NCBI GenBank assembly: GCA_964366335.1
Contig: CAYITQ010000001.1
Coordinates: 41,336 to 105,335, forward strand
Source: an uncultured Gammaproteobacteria bacterium
GTDB lineage: Bacteria > Patescibacteriota > Microgenomatia > CAZETR01 > Amesbacteraceae
DNA: 64,000 nt
Direction: 5' to 3'
This document shows, one piece after another, positions 1 through 6,487 of the stretch. The translations under genes and the position numbers were made by a program. The notes beneath the pieces are model-generated. The model searched no databases. It was not told the origin of the DNA and saw nothing but the letters and a program-made list of their open reading frames with translations. Numbering within the stretch: the stretch's first letter is position 1; each line of letters begins with the position of its first letter.

Positions 1-2
1 GG

Positions 3-860
3 CTCCTACTCAAATTTCTACTCAAGTTTCCATATTTAGTTATAGAAGGTTTGGGAATATGCTGGTTAATAAAGAAAGTAGATTTAAAAGCCAGAGATAA
101 ATTTATTCTGGGACTTGCCCTAAATGTACCCGTTTTGTTTTCGGCCTATATGATGGGTCAATTCGATGTCATTATTGCCATTTTGATTGCGGTCTCTGCA
201 ATAGCGTCACTGAAAAAGCCAACTATTTGGTCAGCTGTTCTTTTGGGAGTAGCGGCTGGTTTTAAGCCTTTTCCCTTATTATTGTTACCGCTTTTGGGTG
301 AAGGTATCAAAGATAAATTAAAATATGTTCTAATCGGTGTAGCTACATATATTCTAATAATTTTTCCCTATTTAGGATCTGCCGGTTTCAGACGGTATGC
401 CCTATTAGCCAGCCAAACAGATAAGATTGAATTTGCCAAGATTTTGGTTTCGGGATCTCAATATCTAGCTTTGTTCTGGGTTTTGTCGATTCTGTTGTGG
501 TGGTGGAACTGGTATGACCACAAGAGGCTGACCTTGGTGGAATGGTATTTGGCCGGACTGCTAGTCTTTTATTCTGTAACCCATTTTCACCCCCAATGGT
601 TTACTTGGGGCAGTTTACTCATCGTTTGGATTGGAGCTCACAAAAAAGAACTTCGTTTGCCACTACTTGTCTTGGTCTTGAGTTTTGTGGCTCTTTTAAT
701 GTTGTTTGAGCCATCTTTGAATTTCGGTCTTTTTGGGATCAAGTTTGATTTATTTGCGGCTATAAATAAACATTTTCCAGCTGATCAATTGGCCTCGATT
801 TTACGGTCCTTGTTTGCCGCTACCGGCATTGTTACTATATTGAGATTACGGAAATCATGA
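3..860 (+). CDS. GT-C/DUF2029-like polytopic membrane protein, 5'-truncated at the window edge
   Basis: The reading frame stays open upstream of the TTG at 51 to position 3, so the gene continues beyond the window. Multiple hydrophobic helices. GVAAGFKPFPLLLLPLL segment typical of GT87/DUF2029-like membrane glycosyltransferases. Confidence 0.5.
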   Translation, partial: LLLKFLLKFPYLVIEGLGICWLIKKVDLKARDKFILGLALNVPVLFSAYMMGQFDVIIAILIAVSAIASLKKPTIWSAVLLGVAAGFKPFPLLLLPLLGEGIKDKLKYVLIGVATYILIIFPYLGSAGFRRYALLASQTDKIEFAKILVSGSQYLALFWVLSILLWWWNWYDHKRLTLVEWYLAGLLVFYSVTHFHPQWFTWGSLLIVWIGAHKKELRLPLLVLVLSFVALLMLFEPSLNFGLFGIKFDLFAAINKHFPADQLASILRSLFAATGIVTILRLRKS

Positions 861-1654
861 TTACCTCTGTCGTTATTCCGGTTTATAACGGTAGAAAATA
901 TTTAGAGGATAATCTGCTATTTGTAAATAAACTCGGTGTCAATGAGATTGTGATAGTGGACGATGCGTCCACTGACGGATCCGCAGAATTTATCGCAAAA
1001 AACTATCCAAATATTAAATTAATAAAACACGATGCAAATAAGCGTTTTCCCATTTCAGTCAATGACGGATTCAAAAATGCCACAGGTGATATTGTGTTTT
1101 TGTTAAATCAGGACCTGAAGCCCCATAGAGATTTGGTAAAGAATGCTCTGAGACATTTTAAAGACGATTGTATATTTGCTGTCACATTCAATGAGGGTGA
1201 TCATTCATGGGCGGATGGCAAATGGATAAGCGGAATGCTCGAATTTACAAACGGAAAGCTGGATGATAAGTTACACGAATCTCTTTGGCCTTCGGGGGGG
1301 GGGAGTGCTATCCGCCGTGATGTCTGGAATAAACTTGGAGGCTTTGACCCGATATTTACCCCAGGTTATTTCGAAGATTTGGATTTGGGACTTAGAGCAT
1401 CAAAGGCGGGGTATAAAAATATCTGGGATCCAAGATGCACGGTAACACATTTGGTCTCGGGAACTTTTCCAAAAGTGTTCACTCCGAAGAAACTTCAATA
1501 TATCAAAGAGCGGAATTATCTGATAGCTGTCTGGAAGAATATTGATTTAAAACTCTGGCCAGCACATATATTTAGTTTAATTAAACGAATTATCCGTGGA
1601 CCTGGTTATTTAGTTCCTGTAGTATGGGCTTTATGGAAAAGATTAGCGTCATAA
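857..1654 (+). CDS. family 2 glycosyltransferase (GT2)
   Basis: N-terminal VVIPVYNGRKYLEDNL...IVIVDDASTDGS is the GT2 Rossmann/DXD signature. ATG overlaps the upstream stop (ATGA). Contains a G10 run at 1294-1303. Confidence 0.85.
   Translation: MITSVVIPVYNGRKYLEDNLLFVNKLGVNEIVIVDDASTDGSAEFIAKNYPNIKLIKHDANKRFPISVNDGFKNATGDIVFLLNQDLKPHRDLVKNALRHFKDDCIFAVTFNEGDHSWADGKWISGMLEFTNGKLDDKLHESLWPSGGGSAIRRDVWNKLGGFDPIFTPGYFEDLDLGLRASKAGYKNIWDPRCTVTHLVSGTFPKVFTPKKLQYIKERNYLIAVWKNIDLKLWPAHIFSLIKRIIRGPGYLVPVVWALWKRLAS
1294..1303 (+). repeat. G10 homopolymeric tract inside the GT2 coding sequence (currently in-frame, encodes GGG)
   Basis: tcGGGGGGGGGGagt read directly from the sequence. Highly atypical for a ~36% GC genome. 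Confidence 0.8.
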
Positions 1655-2424
1655 TAATAAATTGGAATGTGGGGGAGTCTTTTGCGCGCTGTATTAAATC
1701 TGTCTTGGACACCAAGTATCCAAACCTAGAATTAATTTTGATCGATAATAATTCCAATAAGCCTCCCAAGATACCTAAGGATCCGAGAGTTACATATATC
1801 CAAAATGAATCTAATCTTGGCTTTCCGGCAGCGGTAAACCAAGGATTAAAGTTATTTGTAGGGGATTATGTGTTGCTACTTAATCCAGACACCCGGATAC
1901 AAAATGATTTTTTTACCAAAGCAATTGAATCTATACAATTTAATAAAAAGATCGGCATCATGGGACCCAAGTTTGTAGATCCCGATGGCACAACCCAAGG
2001 ATCGGTCTACCGTGAACCTTCAATTATTCGTACTATCCAGGAATATTGGTTTGGAAAAACAAATCTGACTGAAAAATACACACTCAATACAAATAATTTG
2101 ACGGAAGTAGACGTTGTCATTGGCGCATGTATGTTTATGTCAAAGAAAATAGTGAAGAAAGTCGGATTATTCACTGACAAAGTTTTTATTTTTTATGAAG
2201 ATTTTGATTATTGCAGACGAATCCGCAAAGCCGGATATAAAGTAATCTTTAATCCGAATATCACTATTATTCATGAACATGGCCAAAGTACCAAACAAAA
2301 TCCCCTGGCAAATGAACTTTTAATGAAAGCCTCTTTGTGGTACAACGGAATGTTAAAGCACTATATTTTGTGGTTTGTTATATGGACTTCCCAGAAAGTA
2401 AATAAAATTCTACTCAAGTCGTGA
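1633..2424 (+). CDS. family 2 glycosyltransferase (GT2)
   Basis: ISVIIINWNVGESF...LILIDNNS motif. The ORF track starts at 1624; the ATG at 1633 (MEKISVII) is the more typical GT2 N-terminus. Overlaps the upstream gene. Confidence 0.8.
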   Translation: MEKISVIIINWNVGESFARCIKSVLDTKYPNLELILIDNNSNKPPKIPKDPRVTYIQNESNLGFPAAVNQGLKLFVGDYVLLLNPDTRIQNDFFTKAIESIQFNKKIGIMGPKFVDPDGTTQGSVYREPSIIRTIQEYWFGKTNLTEKYTLNTNNLTEVDVVIGACMFMSKKIVKKVGLFTDKVFIFYEDFDYCRRIRKAGYKVIFNPNITIIHEHGQSTKQNPLANELLMKASLWYNGMLKHYILWFVIWTSQKVNKILLKS

Positions 2425-2455
2425 CATTTTGTCACAACTTGAATTGTATACAATT
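2421..2455. repeat. two perfect palindromes at the 3' end of the GT2 gene
   Basis: GTGACA-TTT-TGTCAC (2421-2435, overlapping stop TGA 2422-2424) and AATTGTATACAATT (2442-2455). Confidence 0.6.
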
Positions 2456-2490
2456 TGTAAACAACTCAATTCAAAACTTTAAATGATTTT

Positions 2491-2588
2491 CCACCTTAAG
2501 GGCGAAAAACATGAGTCATCGACAAAGTGTCGACAACTGAGATCTGACAGATAATATCAAAACAGATCAAAAGGTTTGGCCGTTGAGT
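2491..2588 (+). repeat. intergenic repeat family, copy A
   Basis: CCACCTTAAGGGCGAAAAAC...TCGACAaagTGTCGA (palindrome 2519-2533)...AGATCT (2540-2545)...ATCAAAACAGATCAAAAGGTTTGGCCGTTGAG. Aligns with copies at 5111-5211 and 5584-5617. Confidence 0.6.
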
Positions 2589-2593
2589 GATTT

Positions 2594-3265
2594 TTATAAG
2601 ACATAATCTGATTTTACCTCGTAACTAAGATAGGGAGTTGAATCTTTCTTCAAAATACAAATATCAATTTCTGGCCATCGGTTTGGTAATTTTTGAATTT
2701 CCCCAACCGACTTCCAGCTAATCTGCTTATGTAATTTCATTCTCTCTTTTTGTTCATGACTAACATCTACTCTGTAAATTGTGAACGCGTCATCAAATAA
2801 TACTTCTCCATGTGATGTTTTAACGGTTTTTAAATGTAAGGATTGAAACTTAAAATCTTTTTCGTCAAGAATGATACCAGTATTGGATTCAAAAATACGA
2901 ATTAAAGCACTTTCAATTGATTCTCCAAACCTAGGTTTTCCACTGGGCAAATTATAAAAATTGGTTGTTTCTGTGGGATGTTCTTTTATTAAAAATTCAT
3001 CACCGTAGTTACATAGAAATCCGATGAAAAACGTTTTATATCCAGTGTCCTCTATGGTCGGCAAGTCATAATCAGTAATTACTTTAATCCCCGCAGCGGT
3101 TATTAGATATTTATCAGCCTCTTTTTTCATCAGACCTTTGCTAATTAACTGTTTAAGATGAAACACAACGTTATCATCAAAATCATAGTCGACTGTTAAA
3201 ACAGAGTATTTTTGCCTGTTCTGTATAAGCAATCTTTTTAGTAATACTTTTTGAATTTCGTGCAT
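2594..3265 (-). CDS. putative transcriptional regulator: N-terminal winged-helix DNA-binding domain fused to a degenerate Nudix-like domain (NrtR-like logic, reversed domain order)
   Basis: N-terminal ~65 aa has a wHTH-like pattern (LLKRLL...VVFHLKQLISKGLMKK...YLITAAGIKV). C-terminal GKPRFGESIESALIRIFESNTGI fits the Nudix box spacing Gx5Ex7R..xE..G, but the REUxEE glutamates are replaced (RIFESN). This suggests a ligand-sensing, non-catalytic Nudix. Confidence 0.5.
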   Translation of the reverse strand: MHEIQKVLLKRLLIQNRQKYSVLTVDYDFDDNVVFHLKQLISKGLMKKEADKYLITAAGIKVITDYDLPTIEDTGYKTFFIGFLCNYGDEFLIKEHPTETTNFYNLPSGKPRFGESIESALIRIFESNTGIILDEKDFKFQSLHLKTVKTSHGEVLFDDAFTIYRVDVSHEQKERMKLHKQISWKSVGEIQKLPNRWPEIDICILKKDSTPYLSYEVKSDYVL

Positions 3266-3374
3266 ATAAAAGTACTCTGATTATAGATGATTCTTGGTGT
3301 AGTTAACTACTCTAGAGAATACGACACTTAACTGATAACCTTCCTATAAATACTGAGGGGAGGTGATTTAATAT
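3266..3374. promoter_or_regulatory. divergent promoter/operator region between the regulator and VOC genes
   Basis: Perfect 12-bp palindrome GTAGTTAACTAC at 3299-3310. Minus-strand TATAAT (complement of 3280-3285) lies 14 nt from the regulator start codon. Plus-strand TATAAAT at 3345-3351 and a strong SD GGGGAGGTGA at 3357-3366 lie 8 nt before the ATG at 3375. Confidence 0.5.
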
Positions 3375-3743
3375 ATGTTCAATAAACTATTTGCAGTTTG
3401 CCTATTAGTAGCAGATTTCGAGCGTTCTCTGACTTTTTACAGGGATGCTGTTGGTTTGGAGGTAAATTCCACTGATGGCGAATTCGCAGATTTCAAATTG
3501 GAAGGAACCTCTCTGGCTATATTCAGCCGAAAAACAGCCATTGCAATGTTCCCAGCAAAGAATATGGGGAAAACTGGTGGCGCTGTATATGGATTTCAAG
3601 TTTCTAATGTAGCCAAAACTTGCGAAGCATTAAAAGTTAAGAATGTTGAAATCTTTGAAGGCCCAAAAACAACCACGTGGGGACAAACTGTGGCATACTT
3701 TAAGGACCCAGATGGTAATATATGGGAGGTCTCAGGAAAATAA
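3375..3743 (+). CDS. VOC family protein (glyoxalase/bleomycin-resistance/dioxygenase fold)
   Basis: 122 aa. Paired beta-alpha-beta-beta-beta module signature: FERSLTFYRDAVGLEV ... KDPDGNIWEV. Strong SD upstream. Confidence 0.75.
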   Translation: MFNKLFAVCLLVADFERSLTFYRDAVGLEVNSTDGEFADFKLEGTSLAIFSRKTAIAMFPAKNMGKTGGAVYGFQVSNVAKTCEALKVKNVEIFEGPKTTTWGQTVAYFKDPDGNIWEVSGK

Positions 3744-3744
3744 T

Positions 3745-4125
3745 ATGAATTATAAAGGTGTGATAATCGAAGAGAGTCTTGTAAGCAAGAAGTTGCTTAA
3801 ATTATGCCAAATAATTTCGACTCGAGTTGCCAACGATGACGATCCAAAAACCAATGCGGGTGAACCTAAATGGACTTTACATCAAGTGGAAGTAACAGAG
3901 CAAAATATCGGTGAAGTTGTTAGTCAATTAGGTAAAAATCTTAAACTTCCTAATTGGTGGGCAGATTTATCTTTAGAGGACGAAGTTTTTATAGTTTTCC
4001 ACAACAAAATATTTAAAGGTGGAAATTCTGATCTAGATTTTCGAAAGCATGTAATAAATTACGCCCGTTCCTTAAACCTACCAGATGGACAGATACCATT
4101 AGGTGGTTCTTATGAAGTTAACTAA
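3745..4125 (+). CDS. hypothetical protein
   Basis: ATG at 3745, 2 nt after the VOC stop, preceded by GGAGG. The longer ORF-track call (3643) would overlap the VOC gene. No recognisable motif. Confidence 0.5.
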   Translation: MNYKGVIIEESLVSKKLLKLCQIISTRVANDDDPKTNAGEPKWTLHQVEVTEQNIGEVVSQLGKNLKLPNWWADLSLEDEVFIVFHNKIFKGGNSDLDFRKHVINYARSLNLPDGQIPLGGSYEVN

Positions 4126-5080
4126 GATAAAAATTATTGAGTTGGTGCCATCGGCATCGTTTAATTTTGATGCTACTTTTCATAAACCAGATCACTTTAC
4201 GTCTGGTGATAATCTGTGGGAATCTGGAACGCGTTGGCAGACATGGATATGGAAAGAAAAGTGTCTTGGTATTCGGTTTAAAAATATCGGATCTACTTTA
4301 AATCCAAAAATTGAAATTAGTATTTATTCAGAAGAAAAACTGGACAATGCATTTATTAATGATTTTTTTGATGAAGTCAAATATAGATACAACCTGGAGC
4401 TAGATTTAACATCGTTTTATAAAGAATTTGAAAGCGATAAAATCCTTGGACCCATTATTAAAAAGTGGCAAGGGATGAAACCTGGACACCCCAGTTCCTT
4501 ATACGAATATCTCCTTATCGGAATCGTCCTACAAAATGCAACTGTTAGAAGATCTGTTCAAATGTTTAAGGCACTTCTTGAAAATTATGGAACCGAACTA
4601 GAATTTGATGGTAAAAAACTTTGGTGTTTCTTTAAGCCAGGTAGATTGCAAAAAATAACGGAGGAAGAATTAAGAGTATTAAAGCTTGGATACCGTGCCA
4701 AATCAATAAAGAGGATAGACGATTATTTCGCTCAAGGTTTAATGGATGAAATGGAACTTAGAAAAAAAGATAGAGAAACTCAAATGAATGAGTTATTAAA
4801 ACTATATGGCGTTGGACCAGCAACTGTGTGGTATCTGCTTTTTGATGTATTTCATCATTGGGATTTTTTTAACCATGTTTCTCCTTGGGAACAAAAGATT
4901 TATTCTAAAGTATTTTTTGATGTTGATCCCGAAAATCCTGTACCTGTTGCAAAAATTCTCAAACATTTTGATAGATTCGGGAAATATAAACAGCTTGCTG
5001 TGCACTATATCTGGGAAGATCTGTGGTGGAAAAGACAAAACGAGAGTATCCCTTGGTTGGAAAAACAAATCAGAATATAG
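4112..5080 (+). CDS. HhH-GPD superfamily DNA glycosylase (AlkA/Ogg-like)
   Basis: LYEYLLIGIVLQNATVRRSVQMFKALLENYG (HhH-GPD core helix) followed by the LLKLYGVGPATVWYLLFDVF helix-hairpin-helix and Gly/Pro loop with a following Asp, laid out as in AlkA. N-terminal mixed alpha/beta domain as in AlkA/OGG1. Confidence 0.7.
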   Translation: MKLTKIKIIELVPSASFNFDATFHKPDHFTSGDNLWESGTRWQTWIWKEKCLGIRFKNIGSTLNPKIEISIYSEEKLDNAFINDFFDEVKYRYNLELDLTSFYKEFESDKILGPIIKKWQGMKPGHPSSLYEYLLIGIVLQNATVRRSVQMFKALLENYGTELEFDGKKLWCFFKPGRLQKITEEELRVLKLGYRAKSIKRIDDYFAQGLMDEMELRKKDRETQMNELLKLYGVGPATVWYLLFDVFHHWDFFNHVSPWEQKIYSKVFFDVDPENPVPVAKILKHFDRFGKYKQLAVHYIWEDLWWKRQNESIPWLEKQIRI

Positions 5081-5110
5081 ATGTTTTCACCTCAGAAGTG
5101 GAAAGTATGA

Positions 5111-5211
5111 ACCGTCGACAAGATGTCGACAGTCCAGATCTAGTGAATACTATCAAAGTAGATCAAAAAGGTGTGGCCTTTGAATTTACGCTTCACCTGA
5201 AAGGTGGAAAC
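5111..5211 (+). repeat. intergenic repeat family, copy B
   Basis: CGTCGACAagaTGTCGACA (palindrome 5115-5129)...AGATCT (5136-5141)...ATCAAAGTAGATCAAAAAGGTGTGGCCTTTGAA...CACCTGAAAGGTGGAAAC. Same modules as copy A, partly reordered. Confidence 0.6.
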
Positions 5212-5220
5212 TGTTGAATT

Positions 5221-5249
5221 GTTCCATCCCCGAGGTGGAACTTTGGTTT
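5221..5249 (+). terminator. putative intrinsic terminator downstream of the glycosylase gene
   Basis: GTTCCA (5221-5226), 9-nt loop, TGGAAC (5236-5241), followed by TTTGGTTT. Confidence 0.45.
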
Positions 5250-5293
5250 ACAAATTAGACTATTAACTAAGTTAAGAATAAAATGGGTCACAC

Positions 5294-5578
5294 ATGGAAA
5301 TAAGGAGATTACCGTCTTCACTTTTAGAAGGAAAGTTCTTACATTGCCAGCCGGTCGAAGATGGTCCGATTATAGAGGCGCCGATTGTTTCGTCTGAAGA
5401 AGGATCAACGCCGGTATTTAATGTTGTAATCGTTTGCCCAGTGAGACGGCCTTCAAGTAATTGCGCATTGAGGATGGTAGCAGGGAGTCAAGACGTTAAA
5501 TGTCAATATTGGGAAGGTGATTCTTGTGGTCAATATCAAATAGTTGGACCAAAAATGGATAGAAAGTCAGAATATTGA
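5294..5578 (+). CDS. hypothetical small Cys-rich protein (94 aa). Coding status uncertain; could instead be a noncoding element.
   Basis: The only ORF of at least 60 aa in 5217-5623. Locally GC-richer than the surroundings. No SD. Preceded by a perfect palindrome TTAACTaAGTTAA (5263-5275). Bounded by repeat copies B and C. Confidence 0.25.
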   Translation: MEIRRLPSSLLEGKFLHCQPVEDGPIIEAPIVSSEEGSTPVFNVVIVCPVRRPSSNCALRMVAGSQDVKCQYWEGDSCGQYQIVGPKMDRKSEY

Positions 5579-5583
5579 ATGGT

Positions 5584-5617
5584 ATCAAAACAGATCAAAA
5601 GGGCGTGGCCTTTTGAG
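5584..5617 (+). repeat. intergenic repeat family, copy C (core only). Hairpin with bidirectional terminator character.
   Basis: ATCAAAACAGATCAAAAGGGCGTGGCCTTTTGAG. AAAAGG/CCTTTT stem with a 6-nt loop, A-run on the left and T-run on the right. Sits between convergent genes. Confidence 0.5.
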
Positions 5618-5623
5618 CCGGGA

Positions 5624-6487
5624 CTAAAATTCTCTGATCAGCTGGGGTAAGACTTGGATATAGGATTTGACCAGGTCCCATTTGCCCCAGACAGACCAGG
5701 CTGGGATGCGGATGGCACAGCCAAAGAGCAAGACGAGTTTTAACAAAAATTGTTCAAGAGGGGACTTATATTTTTTGAATAGATATAGATAACCTTTCAT
5801 TTCACCGATAAACATTCCCGCTTTAGTGCCAATGCTTTTGCCCTGGAGGTGAACACATTTTGCATCGGGATAATAGAAAATTCCGAAATTGTTTTTTGAC
5901 ATTCTATACATCCACTCGGTTTCCTCACCGTACATATAGAAATTCTCATCAAAACCACCAGTTTTTTCGTACACTATGCGCTTGAGCATTGTAAATGCCC
6001 CCATTACCCAATCTACCTTCTGGGTTTTTTGAAATCTGGATAAATCGCGGACATGGATAGAATCTATATACTTGCGAATGATTGGGAAGTTGTCCACAAA
6101 GACTTGAAACTGAAAAATTCTCCGCAGAGTCGGGAAATAACCCCAAGATGGTTGAATAGACAGGTCTTCATTGAGCAACTGACAACCCAGGACATCATAG
6201 TCCTGGGCATAACACTTGGCTAGAGTATCGGGATAGACATAGGCATCACTATTTAATAACAAAATCTTGTCACCTTTGGCAATTTTCATACCTTGATTGT
6301 TGTTGGCACCAAAACCCAATGGTTTTTTGTTATTGACGATTTTTACACCCGAAAAATTAAATTTGTCTTTTGGTGTGTTGTTCACCAGTATTATTTCCAG
6401 ATTGATATCTCGGGACTTGAGCACACACTCCACACATTTCTTGGTAATTTCAGGGGTATTGTGGTTTATAATGATTACAGATAGCAT
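5624..6487 (-). CDS. family 2 glycosyltransferase (GT2)
   Basis: MLSVIIINHNTPEITKKCVECVLKS...LVNNTP. The start codon abuts the divergent gene start (CATATG at 6485-6490). Confidence 0.85.
   Translation of the reverse strand: MLSVIIINHNTPEITKKCVECVLKSRDINLEIILVNNTPKDKFNFSGVKIVNNKKPLGFGANNNQGMKIAKGDKILLLNSDAYVYPDTLAKCYAQDYDVLGCQLLNEDLSIQPSWGYFPTLRRIFQFQVFVDNFPIIRKYIDSIHVRDLSRFQKTQKVDWVMGAFTMLKRIVYEKTGGFDENFYMYGEETEWMYRMSKNNFGIFYYPDAKCVHLQGKSIGTKAGMFIGEMKGYLYLFKKYKSPLEQFLLKLVLLFGCAIRIPAWSVWGKWDLVKSYIQVLPQLIREF

Noticed and set aside
1263-1445. 60-aa ORF (RGGGVLSAV...) in an alternative frame inside GT2 gene 857-1654
   Set aside because: It is simply the out-of-frame reading through the G10 tract and the strongly supported GT2 coding sequence. 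There is no independent start or RBS evidence.
3405-3599. Antisense 64-aa ORF inside the VOC gene
   Set aside because: It is fully nested antisense to a gene with a clear domain signature, and it is short with no motif. Other nested antisense ORFs (e.g. 4802-5068, 7305-8132, 17800-18267, 31227-31484, 36331-37012, 39144-39828, 45662-45929) were rejected for the same reason.
3643-3744. Longer N-terminal extension of the hypothetical protein, overlapping the VOC gene by ~100 nt
   Set aside because: The extension reads through the conserved C-terminus of the VOC protein in another frame. The ATG at 3745 with an upstream GGAGG is a far better start.
5330-5500. RNase P RNA, tmRNA, SRP RNA or 6S RNA in the GC-richer segment
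   Set aside because: A GGAAAGTTC string superficially resembles the RNase P GGAAAGTCCGG, but none of the other universally conserved RNase P, tmRNA (tag ORF, tRNA-like 3' end) or SRP domain-IV elements could be found. The region is left as an open question rather than called.
2491-5617. Integron attC sites / gene-cassette array
   Set aside because: Only copy A contains a GTTRRRY-like core (GTTGAGT), and copies B and C do not. Cargo genes are on both strands. No intI or attI is visible. The cassette-like interpretation is kept only as a loose analogy in the findings.
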